Below are positions 1 to 9,954 of a stretch of DNA of 64,000 nucleotides, piece by piece. Within the stretch, counting starts at the first letter, position 1. The number at the start of each line of letters is the position of its first letter. Source of the stretch: an uncultured delta proteobacterium (GTDB lineage Bacteria; Myxococcota_A; Polyangia; Fen-1088); assembly GCA_963767925.1 (NCBI GenBank), contig CAVYGB010000006.1:224001-288000 (forward strand), given 5' to 3'. The position numbers were made by a program, and so were the translations under genes. Under the pieces are notes generated by a model. The model saw only the letters and a list, made by a program, of their open reading frames with translations, searched no databases and had not been told where the DNA came from.

Positions 1-1068
1 GACGGCGTCGCCCGCGGCGTGGCCCCGCTGGTCGTTGATCTTCTTGAAGTGGTCGACGTCGAGCAGGAGCCCGCACAGCGGGTACCCCTGGCGCTCCGAG
101 CGGCCGATCTCCCGCTCGACCGCCGCGGTGAAGGCCCGTCGGTTCATCAGGCCGGTGAGGGGATCGGTGGCGGCCTGGCGCTGCGACTCCTCCACCAGGG
201 AAGCGATCCGGATGGCCCCCCCCAGCTCGCGGGCGATCACCGCCACCAGCTCGGCGTCCTTGGGGTGGGGCTGCTGGCGCACGGCCAGGACCAGGCGCCC
301 CAGCTTCTCCTGTCCGAGAGTGATGGCCTCGACGATGGGGGGCGCCCCCTCGGCGTCGTCGTAGGCGTCGCGATCCTCGACGGTCAGGGGCAGGATCTCG
401 GGGGCGACGCCGAGGACGGCCTGGGCCTCGGCCAGGGCCCGCTCACGGGCGGCGGGGTGGCAGTGGATGGCCCAGCGGGGCCGCCGATCGATGCAGACGG
501 CCAGCCAGCGGTAGCTGGTCACCCGGGCCACGAACTGCGAGAGCAGGTCGAACAGGCGGGCGAAGGTCTCGCACACGCTGAGGGCCCGCACCTCGGAGGC
601 GATGACCGACTCGAACAGGGCGTTGTCGAGATAGGCGGCGATGCGGTCGCGGATGTCCGGCTCGCCGCCGCTGAGCTGGAAGAACACGTCCTCCTCGGGC
701 GGCCGGGCGGCGATGGCCTCGGCCAGGGCCCGCACCAGCTCGCCCATGCGACCCTGGCCCACGTAGGCCGCGGCCCCCGCCCGCTCGGCCCAGAAGCGGC
801 TGTGCTGGTCGCCGTCGGGCCCGCGCAGGATGGTGGGCACGTGCTGGGTGGCGGGCTCGGCCCGAAGCAGCCGGCAGAGCTGCACGCCCGAGATCCCCTG
901 GGTCCACAGGTCGGCCACCACCGCGGCCGGCGGATCGGCCAGGGCCAGGTTGGCGCCGGCCGCCGGATCGGGCGTGACGGTGACGGAGTAGCCCTGCATG
1001 CGCAGGCGCTCGGCCAGCACATCGCGGTCCTCCGAAGCGTCGACGAGGATGACTGGCTTGCCCGCCAT
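1..1068 (-). CDS. Diguanylate cyclase with atypical N-terminal receiver domain (3' end runs off the window)
   Basis: Not in the ORF track; translated by hand from ATG at 1068 (TGATG overlap with the upstream gene): MAGKPVILVDAS...VVADLWTQGISG (REC-like), then TDPLTGLMNRRAF...LLLDVDHFKKINDQRGHAAGDAV (start of a GGDEF domain). Confidence 0.9.
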   Translation of the reverse strand, partial: MAGKPVILVDASEDRDVLAERLRMQGYSVTVTPDPAAGANLALADPPAAVVADLWTQGISGVQLCRLLRAEPATQHVPTILRGPDGDQHSRFWAERAGAAAYVGQGRMGELVRALAEAIAARPPEEDVFFQLSGGEPDIRDRIAAYLDNALFESVIASEVRALSVCETFARLFDLLSQFVARVTSYRWLAVCIDRRPRWAIHCHPAARERALAEAQAVLGVAPEILPLTVEDRDAYDDAEGAPPIVEAITLGQEKLGRLVLAVRQQPHPKDAELVAVIARELGGAIRIASLVEESQRQAATDPLTGLMNRRAFTAAVEREIGRSERQGYPLCGLLLDVDHFKKINDQRGHAAGDAV

Positions 1069-2003
1069 CACAGAAAGCTCAGCTCCCCGGCGAGCAGGTG
1101 CTCGGTGGTCTCGGTGGGGACGTGGGCGCCCGTCAGGTCCATCGTGGTGAGCGAGAACTCGAGGAACAGGTGGGCGTTGCTGAACACGGCGAAGTCGAAC
1201 ATCAGGGCGGGCGCCGCCCGCCGCGAGCGCAGGATCACCTCCTTGCCCATCACCACCATCGGCAGCCCCAGGTCGATGGGGACGCCGAAGCGGCTGAGCC
1301 GGGCCTTGAGGCGGCCCAGCGTCTGGTTGAGGATCTCGCCCCCCAGATCGCCGAGGGCCTGCGGCGAGGCCTCCTTGCCGGCCAGCACCCGCTCGTGGAT
1401 GCGGCGGAGCTTGCTCTCGGGCGCGTCGAGCACCAGGTGTCCCGACACGCCCGGGCCGGAGAAGGGCAACACCGGGATGATCTCCCCCAGCATGTTGCGA
1501 GTGAGCTTGAGGGAGACGGAGATGAACTGGGCGTCGAGGTGGTAGCCGTCGCGCAGCGTCTCGATGGTGCTCTCGCTGACGGCGTCGACGAGGAAGGCGG
1601 GATAGAAGCGCCGGCTCAGCAGGGCCTCGGCCTTCTCGACGATCTCCAGGCGACCGGCGAAGGCCACCGGGGAGTCGGCGGGGGCCGGGCTCTGGGTCAT
1701 CTCCTCGGGGTGGATCCAGAGGATGGGCAGCTCGGGGTGCTTCTCGTGCACCTTGCGGACCGCCTCGGCGTAGACCGAGTCTTTCATGGTCCCGTCGGCC
1801 ACCAGCAGCGACAGCCAGGGCATGCGGTCGACGGCCCCCACCACCTCCTGGGCGCGGTTTGTCACCGCCACCCGGAAGTCGCTGGCCCGAAGCTTCATGA
1901 CCAGCCAGTGAGGCGGCTGCTGCTCGGGCCGCAGCACGAGGGCGTATTTGCGGGCCATGATCCGCGGGGTGTTCTCGGGGGTCAGGGCCAGCGTCTCGCT
2001 CAT
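1068..2003 (-). CDS. CheX/CheC-like phosphatase with degenerate receiver-like N-terminus
   Basis: C-terminal LGDLGGEILNQTLG carries the E-x-x-N phosphatase motif, followed by IDLGLPMVVMG as in CheX; coupled to the CheY-like gene by an ATGA overlap. Confidence 0.7.
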   Translation of the reverse strand: MSETLALTPENTPRIMARKYALVLRPEQQPPHWLVMKLRASDFRVAVTNRAQEVVGAVDRMPWLSLLVADGTMKDSVYAEAVRKVHEKHPELPILWIHPEEMTQSPAPADSPVAFAGRLEIVEKAEALLSRRFYPAFLVDAVSESTIETLRDGYHLDAQFISVSLKLTRNMLGEIIPVLPFSGPGVSGHLVLDAPESKLRRIHERVLAGKEASPQALGDLGGEILNQTLGRLKARLSRFGVPIDLGLPMVVMGKEVILRSRRAAPALMFDFAVFSNAHLFLEFSLTTMDLTGAHVPTETTEHLLAGELSFL

Positions 2004-2416
2004 GGCTGCAGCACCTTCCGGATGGCCGGGACCAGCACGTCGGCCTTGAAGGGCTTGACCACCCAGGCGGTGGCGCCGGCCGCCTTGCCCTTGCGGACGG
2101 TGTCGCCCGAGGACTCGGTGGTCAGCACGAAGATGGGCGTCTTCTGATAGTCGGGCAGCTTGCGCACGTGGGCGATCATCTCGAGGCCGTTCATGACCGG
2201 CATGTTCACGTCGACCAGGATGAGGTCGAACAGCGCCTTGCTCGCCTCCTCCAGCCCCTCTGCGCCATTGGTAGCCTCGACGATGCGGTAGCCGTGCCCC
2301 TCCAGCAGCACCCGCGTCTGCTGGCGGATGGTCGAGGAATCGTCGACGATCAGAATCGAGCGTGGCGGCTTGGCCTTCTTGCCCACGTCCGCCGGAACCC
2401 GCGCTGGCTCGCTCAC
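2000..2416 (-). CDS. CheY-like single-domain response regulator
   Basis: ILIVDDS, LVDVNMP (phospho-Asp), VLTT and WVVKPF are all intact; GTG start at 2416 preferred over the longer ORF start. Confidence 0.9.
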   Translation of the reverse strand: MSEPARVPADVGKKAKPPRSILIVDDSSTIRQQTRVLLEGHGYRIVEATNGAEGLEEASKALFDLILVDVNMPVMNGLEMIAHVRKLPDYQKTPIFVLTTESSGDTVRKGKAAGATAWVVKPFKADVLVPAIRKVLQP

Positions 2417-2592
2417 CGTTGCACCCCTTGCTTTCTGGCCGCGCCCCCCGCGACCAACGCCGGACGGCGGCATCCGTCCACCCCTCTTTTCGTCAGGCCG
2501 CAGCGGGTCCTGAAGGGGCCCCCGCTCACCGAGGCGCCAGCGCCTATCGGCTAAAGCTCTGCTGCGCAGCGGCCGACTGTCCACGCGAACCC

Positions 2593-5379
2593 ATGTTCGG
2601 CTCCGGGATACGAGCGCTGGCCAATATTTATCGACCTGGCCTGCGCGGTCGCTTGCTGCTGCTCACGCTGCCTGTGGTCAACGTGGTGTTCGCCGTCATA
2701 TGGCTGGTGGTCACCACCACCGCCCGCGACGGGGTGATGTCCCTCTCGCGCAGCAACCTCCAGTCGGCGGCCAGCGCCCTGGCGGAGGCCGTCGACCAGG
2801 GGATCCTCGACGCCCACACCGACGCCACGACCCTGGCCCACCTCGAGGTCACCGCTCAGGCCCTCGCCAGTCGGGACCCGAAGGACCTGGCCCGATTCGC
2901 CGACGAGGTGATTCGATCGAGCAAGAGCTACGCCGCAATCGTTGTGACCGACCTCGGCGGCGTCGTCGTGGCCTCGAACACCTCCGCCCGCGACGGGCGG
3001 GCCCTGCCCGCGCTGGTGGGTCGGCGCCTGCCCGACGCCGGCTGGACACGCGAGCTGCGCGCGGCTCGAGGTGACGGCGCCCCGGTGCGGATCCCGCTCG
3101 GGCGCCCCGAGTTCCTGGCGCCCGCGCTCGAGGAGCACGAGCAGGTGCTGGGGGTGGCCCGCCCGATCAACGGCCCTACCGGCGAGCCGATCGGGGCCCT
3201 GGCCCTCTTTCTCTCGGCGAACCACTTCGGTGACCTGCTCGACACGCAGCTCTCCACCACGGGCGAGGGCGTCGACGCGGTCGCCCTCATCGTCGACGCG
3301 AAGGGCCTGGTCAAGGTGCTGCCCGCCGGGCTGCGGGCCCAGCCGCACTGGGCGGCGGGTGGTCTGAGCCCCGTCACCCTCGGGCAGAAGGAAAAGCAGG
3401 ACGATCTGTGGCGGGGTCCGGACGGGGTGACGTTCCTGCAGCGCAGCCGGGCAGTCCCCAGCGCCCAGCGGGTGTGGGACATGAACGTGGTGGTGCTGCG
3501 CCCGCTGGCCCGGGCCGAGGCCCCCGTCCAGCAGCTCGGCCGGCGCCTGTTCGTGGCCTTCTTCCTCGGCAGCCTCGTCACCAGCGCCATGCTGGTGCTG
3601 GTGGCGACCCGCTTCGTGGGGCCGATCCGCCGCCTGACGGCCGCCGCCTCGCGCACCGAGCGGGCCGCCGACTTCGAGCCCATCCGGGTGGAGAAGATGG
3701 ACGAGGTGGGCCTGCTGACAACCGCCTTCAACCGCATGCTGGCCGATCTGCGCGACTACCAGGAGGGCTTGACCCAGAAGGTGGAGCAGCGGACCCGCGA
3801 GCTGGCCCAGGCCAAGAAGGAGGTCACCGACATCCTGGACAACATGCAGCAGGCAGTGTTCACCGTCGGATCCGACGGGATCATCAGCAAGGAGGTCTCG
3901 GCCCACGCCCGCGAGATCTTCGGCAACGTGGAGATGGCGGGGCGCAGCCTGAGCGATCTCCTCCAGCTCGACCGCCTGACCGACTCGGAGAAGCGGACCC
4001 GCATGCAGTTCTGGCTGAGCAACATCTTCGGGGCCGACGACCTGCAGTGGATGCTCACCGAGACCGATCGGCTGACCGAGGTTGTGTACCGGCGCCCGCT
4101 ATCCGACGGCACCTTCGAGGACCGCCTGCTGAAGGTGGAGTACGCCCCGATCTACAAACACGGGCAGGTGGATCGGGTGATGGTGATCGTGAAAGACGTC
4201 ACCGAGCTGCAGCGCCTGCAGGCCCAGGTCTTGCGCAAGGAGGAGGAGAACCGGCGCAACCTCGAGCGGGCCCTGCAGATCACCGCCCTCGATCCCGAGC
4301 TGTTCGAGACCTTCTCGGCCGAGAGCGAGTTCCTCATCTCGGTGGCCGAGTCGCTGCTGGCCGCCCCCGCCGAGACCGGAGAGCTGCCCCGCGACGTCAT
4401 CGACGAGCTGTTCCGGGTGATGCACACCTTCAAGGGCAACGCCCGGGTGTTCAAGCTGGTCTCCCTGCAGGACGTGGCCCACACCGCGGAGAACGCGCTC
4501 GAGGCGGCCCGCCGCGAGCAGAAGGTTGGCGCCGCCCAGATCGCCGAGATCCAGGGGGAGGTGGCCAAGGTCCGGCAGACCCTCGAGGAGTTCAAGGGCC
4601 TGGCGGGCAAGCTGCTGCGCCGGCCGCTCGAGGGGGCGGGGGCAGCCGCGGGGCCGGCCCTGAAGATCCCGGAGGCCAAGATCATGCAGCTCCGCCAGAG
4701 CTGGAAGGGGGTCACCTCGACCCTCGTCGAGACCGGCACCCACTTGCCCCGGGCGGCCTCCGATCGTCTGGAGGCCCACGGGGCCAGCATCCGCGAGCTG
4801 ACCCAGGTGCGCATCGCCGACATCGTCGTGCCCCTGCAGATGATGGCCCGCGACCTGGCCCGCGAGCTGGGGAAGGCGATCCAGGACGTCGAGGTGATGG
4901 GGGCGGAGCTGCTGGTCGACGCCCGCATGCTCGCCGACATCAAGGAGATCCTCCTGCACGCCCTTCGCAACGCCGTCGACCACGGCCTCGAGCCGCCCGG
5001 CGAGCGCCAGGCCGCCAACAAGCCCAGCGCCGGCCACATCTCCCTGCGGGCCGAGCAGAAGGAGGGGCGGCTGGTGATCACGGTGGAGGACGACGGCCGC
5101 GGCATCGACCGCGACCAGGTGAAGACCCGGGCCGTCGAGCAGCGCCTGGTGTCCCAGCAGCAGGTGGAGAAGCTGGCCGATCAGGACGTGCTGGAGCTGC
5201 TCTTTCGACCCGGCTTCTCCACCGCCGCCAGCGTCAGCGAGACCTCCGGCCGCGGCGTGGGCATGGACGTGATCCGGGCCAAAGCCAGCGAGCTACACGG
5301 CCGCGCCTCCATCGCCTCCATCCCCGGCCGTGGCGCCATCCTCACCCTCGAAATGCCGATGGAACAAGCCCGCTTCTAG
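2593..5379 (+). CDS. Membrane-anchored CheA-like histidine kinase (TM-Cache-like-TM-HAMP-PAS-like-HPt-HATPase), no CheW domain
   Basis: Two hydrophobic helices; HAMP (PIRRLT..DEVGLLTTAFNRM); HPt (LFRVMHTFKGNA); CheA-type HATPase (HALRNAVDHG, EDDGRG, FRPGFST, SGRGVGMDV); protein ends right after the ATPase. Exact start uncertain. Confidence 0.85.
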   Translation: MFGSGIRALANIYRPGLRGRLLLLTLPVVNVVFAVIWLVVTTTARDGVMSLSRSNLQSAASALAEAVDQGILDAHTDATTLAHLEVTAQALASRDPKDLARFADEVIRSSKSYAAIVVTDLGGVVVASNTSARDGRALPALVGRRLPDAGWTRELRAARGDGAPVRIPLGRPEFLAPALEEHEQVLGVARPINGPTGEPIGALALFLSANHFGDLLDTQLSTTGEGVDAVALIVDAKGLVKVLPAGLRAQPHWAAGGLSPVTLGQKEKQDDLWRGPDGVTFLQRSRAVPSAQRVWDMNVVVLRPLARAEAPVQQLGRRLFVAFFLGSLVTSAMLVLVATRFVGPIRRLTAAASRTERAADFEPIRVEKMDEVGLLTTAFNRMLADLRDYQEGLTQKVEQRTRELAQAKKEVTDILDNMQQAVFTVGSDGIISKEVSAHAREIFGNVEMAGRSLSDLLQLDRLTDSEKRTRMQFWLSNIFGADDLQWMLTETDRLTEVVYRRPLSDGTFEDRLLKVEYAPIYKHGQVDRVMVIVKDVTELQRLQAQVLRKEEENRRNLERALQITALDPELFETFSAESEFLISVAESLLAAPAETGELPRDVIDELFRVMHTFKGNARVFKLVSLQDVAHTAENALEAARREQKVGAAQIAEIQGEVAKVRQTLEEFKGLAGKLLRRPLEGAGAAAGPALKIPEAKIMQLRQSWKGVTSTLVETGTHLPRAASDRLEAHGASIRELTQVRIADIVVPLQMMARDLARELGKAIQDVEVMGAELLVDARMLADIKEILLHALRNAVDHGLEPPGERQAANKPSAGHISLRAEQKEGRLVITVEDDGRGIDRDQVKTRAVEQRLVSQQQVEKLADQDVLELLFRPGFSTAASVSETSGRGVGMDVIRAKASELHGRASIASIPGRGAILTLEMPMEQARF

Positions 5380-5404
5380 AACACCGCAAGGTTTGCTCGG
5401 CGCC

Positions 5405-5570
5405 CCCTCGCCCCTCCCTCTCCCCGCTTCGCGGGGCGCGGGCGAACGGGCAACGGGGAGCCTGAATCTCGAGAGAATCTCCCGCTGGAGCGTCCGCTCG
5501 GGTGATGGTCGAGGCATCCGCAATCTGTCCGCCCTCGCCCCGCGGCAGCGAGGAGCGGGCGGGGTGAGGG
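5405..5570. repeat. Inverted pair of REP-like palindromic elements
   Basis: 5405-5442 ccctcgcccctccctctccccgcttcgcggggcgcggg closely matches the reverse complement of 5532-5570 (ccctcaccccgcccgctcctcgctgccgcggggcgaggg); each copy holds an internal hairpin. Confidence 0.65.
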
Positions 5571-5672
5571 TCCGGCGCTCGCAAGGGGGTTTCCGCGACC
5601 AAACCCGGGCATGCAGGAGCCCCCTTAGCGCACTAGCAGCGCCAGGGGGGGCGTGCTAAGCGGAGGCTCAGT

Positions 5673-6419
5673 ATGAAAACCATAGTTTCGGTCAAGAGCG
5701 CCACCAAAGACTATGCCCTCGGCAAGACCGTCGTCCAGGCGTTGCGCGGGGTCACCCTCGACGTGCACGAGGGGGAGTTCCTCTCGATCGCCGGACCGTC
5801 GGGCAGCGGCAAGACCACGCTGCTCAACCTCATCGGCTGCGTCGACGTGCCGACCAGCGGAACCGTGGAGGTGGCGGGCAAGGACACCCGCAAGCTGGCC
5901 GAGCGGGATCTGACCCGCCTGCGGCTGCACACCATCGGCTTCATCTTCCAGAGCTTCAACCTCGTCTCGGTATTGAACGTGCTTCAAAACGTCGAGCTGC
6001 CCCTGCTGCTGCAGGGGGCGCCGTCGGGCGAGCGCAACAAACGGGTGCTGGCCCTGCTCGAGCGGGTGGGGCTGCGCGACCACGCCAAGCACCGCCCCAG
6101 CGAGCTGTCGGGCGGGCAGCGACAGCGGGTGGCCATCGCCCGGGCCCTGGTGAGCCGGCCCCAGCTCGTTTTGGCCGACGAGCCCACCGCCAACCTCGAC
6201 TCGACCACCGGACAGAACATCATCGATCTCATGAAGGAGCTGAACCGCACCGAGAAGACCACCTTCATCTTCTCGACCCACGACGCCCAGGTGATGGCCC
6301 ACGCCAGCTCGGTGGTGCGGCTGGCCGACGGCAAGATGGTCGATCGGGTCTCCGCCGCCGAGGCGGTGAACACCGGCTTTCACGGGCGCCCGCCCGCGCC
6401 CGCCGAAGGAGCGGTCTGA
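5673..6419 (+). CDS. ABC transporter ATP-binding protein (LolD/MacB-like)
   Basis: Walker A GPSGSGKT, signature LSGGQRQRV, LADEPTANLD, H-loop STHD. Confidence 0.95.
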   Translation: MKTIVSVKSATKDYALGKTVVQALRGVTLDVHEGEFLSIAGPSGSGKTTLLNLIGCVDVPTSGTVEVAGKDTRKLAERDLTRLRLHTIGFIFQSFNLVSVLNVLQNVELPLLLQGAPSGERNKRVLALLERVGLRDHAKHRPSELSGGQRQRVAIARALVSRPQLVLADEPTANLDSTTGQNIIDLMKELNRTEKTTFIFSTHDAQVMAHASSVVRLADGKMVDRVSAAEAVNTGFHGRPPAPAEGAV

Positions 6420-8572
6420 TGCTCCGGGAGCGGCTCGCCACCTTCAAGGTCATCGCCCTCATCGCCACCCGCAACCTGCTCGCCAGCCGGCTCAAGACCC
6501 TCATCGTGGGGGGCATCATCTTCTTCGGGGCCCTGCTGGTCGTGCTGGGGACCTCCCTGCTCGATAGCGTCGACCACGCCATGAGCCGCAGCATCATCGG
6601 CAGCGTGGCCGGCAACCTGCAGGTCTATTCGGCCCGCTCCAAGGACGAGCTCGAGGTGATGGGCAGCTTCAACTTCGAGGGGGCCGATCTCGAGCCCATC
6701 GACGACTTCGCCAAGCTGCGCGACACGCTGAAGGCCATCCCCAACGTCAAGGAGGTGGTGCCGATGGGCATCTCGGGGGCCATCGTCACCTCGGGCAACA
6801 CCATCGACGTCGCCCTGGCCGAGCTGCGCGATCTGTACCGCAAGCGCCCGCCCCTGCAGGGCGAGGCGGCGGAGGCCATGGACCGGGCCATCGCCGACAA
6901 GAAGGCCCACGTGCGCCAGATGGTGACCGTGCTGGAGGGCGACCTGGCCAACATCACCCGCCTGCAGGACGAGCGGGCGGTGCCGCCCGAAGACGTCGCC
7001 GCGGTCAAGCAGGCCGCCTCCCCCGAGTTCTGGGCCGGCTTCGACAAGGCGCCCCTCGACGGGCTCGAGTTCCTGGAGAACCGCATCGCCGCCCAGGCCA
7101 CCGACGCCGACATGTTGTTCCTGCGCTACGTGGGGACCGATCCGGCCGCCTTCGCCCGCTCCTTCGACCGCATGAAGATCGTCGACGGGACCGCCATTCC
7201 CCCCGGCGAGCGGGGCTTCCTCTTCGCAAAATACATGTACGAGGAGCAGGCCAAGCTGAAGACGGCCCGCCGGCTCGACAAGATCAAGAGCGCCCTCGAA
7301 AACCGCAAGATCACCATCGCCACCGACCCGACCCTGCAGACCTTCGTGCGGGAGAACAGCCTGCAGGTGCGGGAGCTGCTGCTGCAGCTCGACGGCCGCA
7401 AGACCGAGCTGTTCCGGCGCAAGCTGCAGCAGGAGCTGGCCCCCGCCGAGCGCGCAAACCAGGACGTCGGCAAGCTGCTGGCCGCCTTCTTCAAGATGGA
7501 CGACAGCAACTTCGTCCGGCGCTACAAGTTCTTTTACCAGGAGCTGGCGCCCTCCCTCGATCTGTACCGGGTGCGGGTGGGCGACACCTTGACCATCAAG
7601 GCCTTCACCCGCAGCGGCTACGTCCAGTCGGTCAACCTCAAGGTGTACGGGACCTTCAGCTTCGAGGGGCTCGAGCAGTCCCCCCAGGCCGGTGAGCTCA
7701 ACCTGATGGACATGGTCTCCTTTCGCGAGCTTTACGGCTTTCTCACCGACGACCGCAAGAAGGAGATCGCCGCCCTCAAGGCGGGGGTCTCGGCCAAAGA
7801 TGTCACCCGGGAGAACGCCGAGGCCGAGCTGTTCGGCTCCAAGGAGGCGGTCGACACCGGCCGCACCGTGACCGCCGACGTCACCGGGGGGGTCGACCCC
7901 GACGCGGCCCTCTCCGGGCTGGCCGGGCGACTGCGCCGGGAGGAGCTGGCCAGCCGGGTCTACGATCCCAAGCAGCTCGAGCGGGGGGTGGTGCTCAACG
8001 CCGCCGTCATCTTGCACGACCCGGAGAAGCTCGACGAGGCCATCGCCGCCATCGAGGCGGCCGGCACCGCCATGGGCAACCCGCTGCGGGCCATCTCCTG
8101 GCAGAAGGCCTCGGGCATCATCGGGCAGTTCGTCACCCTGGCCCGCATCGTGCTGAACACGGCGGTGCTGATCATCTTCGTGGTGGCGCTGGTCATCATC
8201 AACAACGCCCTGGTCATGGCCACCCTCGAGCGGGTGCAGGAGATCGGGACCTTGCGGGCGGTGGGGGCCCAGCGGCGCTTCATCGTGGGCATGCTGGTGA
8301 TCGAATCGGTGGTGATCGGGGCCCTGTTCGGGGTGCTGGGGGCGGCGGTGGGGGCGGGCATCGTGACCGCCCTGGGCCGGGTGGGCATCCCGGCGGCCAA
8401 CGACGTCTTCACCTTCTTCTTCTCGGGGCCCCGCCTCCATCCGGAGCTGGGCGCCGCCAGCCTCGTCTCGTCGCTGCTCATCGTCCTGGTGGTCAGCGCG
8501 CTCTCGAGCTTTTATCCAGCCTGGCTGGCCATGCGGGTGACCCCCCGGCAGGCCATGGCGACGGAGGAGTGA
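6419..8572 (+). CDS. FtsX/LolE-type ABC permease with enlarged periplasmic domain
   Basis: N-terminal IATRNLL plus TM; C-terminal ERVQEIGTLRAVGA and three TMs; very long periplasmic region. Confidence 0.9.
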   Translation: MLRERLATFKVIALIATRNLLASRLKTLIVGGIIFFGALLVVLGTSLLDSVDHAMSRSIIGSVAGNLQVYSARSKDELEVMGSFNFEGADLEPIDDFAKLRDTLKAIPNVKEVVPMGISGAIVTSGNTIDVALAELRDLYRKRPPLQGEAAEAMDRAIADKKAHVRQMVTVLEGDLANITRLQDERAVPPEDVAAVKQAASPEFWAGFDKAPLDGLEFLENRIAAQATDADMLFLRYVGTDPAAFARSFDRMKIVDGTAIPPGERGFLFAKYMYEEQAKLKTARRLDKIKSALENRKITIATDPTLQTFVRENSLQVRELLLQLDGRKTELFRRKLQQELAPAERANQDVGKLLAAFFKMDDSNFVRRYKFFYQELAPSLDLYRVRVGDTLTIKAFTRSGYVQSVNLKVYGTFSFEGLEQSPQAGELNLMDMVSFRELYGFLTDDRKKEIAALKAGVSAKDVTRENAEAELFGSKEAVDTGRTVTADVTGGVDPDAALSGLAGRLRREELASRVYDPKQLERGVVLNAAVILHDPEKLDEAIAAIEAAGTAMGNPLRAISWQKASGIIGQFVTLARIVLNTAVLIIFVVALVIINNALVMATLERVQEIGTLRAVGAQRRFIVGMLVIESVVIGALFGVLGAAVGAGIVTALGRVGIPAANDVFTFFFSGPRLHPELGAASLVSSLLIVLVVSALSSFYPAWLAMRVTPRQAMATEE

Positions 8573-8573
8573 C

Positions 8574-9890
8574 ATGACCGGTTTCTTCATCACGTTCCGC
8601 ATCGCCCTCCGCAACCTGCTCCAGCACCGCCGGCGCACGCTCTTTCTCGGGCTGGCCCTGGCCGCCGTGACCGGGCTGCTCATCCTGCTCAACGGGCTGG
8701 CCACCGGCATCCGCAGCACCCTGCTGCACACCGCCACCACGTTGACCAGCGGCCACCTCAACGTGGGCGGCTTCTTCAAGGTGAGCGGCGGCACCTCGGC
8801 CCCGGTGGTGACCCGCTACGCGGAGGTGCTCGAGACCGTGCGCAAGGCGGTCCCCGAGATGCGCTTCGCGGTCCAGCGCGGGCGAGGCTGGGCCAAGGTG
8901 ATCTCCGACCGGGGCTCGATGCAGGCCGGGATCGGAGGCATCGACATCCGCAACGAACCCGAATTCAAGAATGTCCTCACCATCACGAGCGGCAACATCG
9001 AGGACCTGGCCCAGCCCAACACCATCCTTGTGTTCGAGGGCCAGCTCGAGAAACTCGACGTCAAGGTGGGCGACGCCATCACCATCTCCGCCCAGACCAC
9101 CCGGGGCATCGCCAACACCATCGACTGCCGGGTGGCGGCCATCGCCAAGGACGTCGGCCTGCTGAGCAAGTGGAACGTCTACGTCCCCAACGAGACCTTG
9201 CAGTCGCTCTACCAGCTCCGCAGCGACGCCACCGGGGCCATCCACGTCATGCTGGGGCCCGAGCACCTCGATCAGATCAACGCCATCGCCGGCCGCCTGC
9301 GCAAGTCATTGGCCGACGCCGGCAACCGCATGATGGAGCCCAACCCCCAGGCCTTCTGGATGAAGTTCGAGAGCGTCAACCGGGAGGACTGGACCGGCCA
9401 GAAGCTCGACGTCACCACCTGGGAGGACGAGCTGTCCTTCATGATGTGGACCTTGCAAGCGCTGCAAGGGCTCACCATGGTGCTGATGATCATCCTCGTG
9501 GCCATCGTCGTCACCGGCATCATGAACACGATGTGGATCGCCATCCGCGAGCGCACCCGGGAGATAGGCACCTTGCGGGCCATCGGCATGCACCGGCGGG
9601 CGGTGGCCCGCATGTTCTTGCTCGAGTCGCTGCTGCTGGGGATCGTGGGCACGAGCTTCGGCGCCCTGGGGGCGGCGGCCATCGCCGCCGGCATCAACGC
9701 GCTCGACATCGGGGTGCCGATCTCGGTGCAGCTCTTCCTGATGTCCGACTACCTCCGCCTCGACGTCACGCCCCAGGCCGCCATCCAGTCGGTGGTGATG
9801 CTGTCGCTGGTGACGGGGCTGGCCGCGCTGTACCCCTCGATCCGGGCGGCCCGGCTGCGCCCCATCGAGGCCATGGCCCACTTTGGTTGA
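8574..9890 (+). CDS. FtsX/LolE-type ABC permease
   Basis: IALRNLLQHRRRT, ERTREIGTLRAIG, YPSIRAARLRPIEA motifs. Confidence 0.92.
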   Translation: MTGFFITFRIALRNLLQHRRRTLFLGLALAAVTGLLILLNGLATGIRSTLLHTATTLTSGHLNVGGFFKVSGGTSAPVVTRYAEVLETVRKAVPEMRFAVQRGRGWAKVISDRGSMQAGIGGIDIRNEPEFKNVLTITSGNIEDLAQPNTILVFEGQLEKLDVKVGDAITISAQTTRGIANTIDCRVAAIAKDVGLLSKWNVYVPNETLQSLYQLRSDATGAIHVMLGPEHLDQINAIAGRLRKSLADAGNRMMEPNPQAFWMKFESVNREDWTGQKLDVTTWEDELSFMMWTLQALQGLTMVLMIILVAIVVTGIMNTMWIAIRERTREIGTLRAIGMHRRAVARMFLLESLLLGIVGTSFGALGAAAIAAGINALDIGVPISVQLFLMSDYLRLDVTPQAAIQSVVMLSLVTGLAALYPSIRAARLRPIEAMAHFG

Positions 9891-9954
9891 GACCGTGAAT
9901 GACTCCGCTTACGCCGCCGCTAACCCCGCTTATTTCTCAGGCAAGGAGAGCTCG

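Noticed and set aside
19..1545. 508-aa plus-strand ORF and similar long antisense ORFs (6380-8794, 12517-14688, 32593-35316, 40254-42287, 44250-46532, 54941-57205)
   Set aside because: Shadow frames opposite well-supported genes; expected in high-GC DNA; no recognisable motifs.
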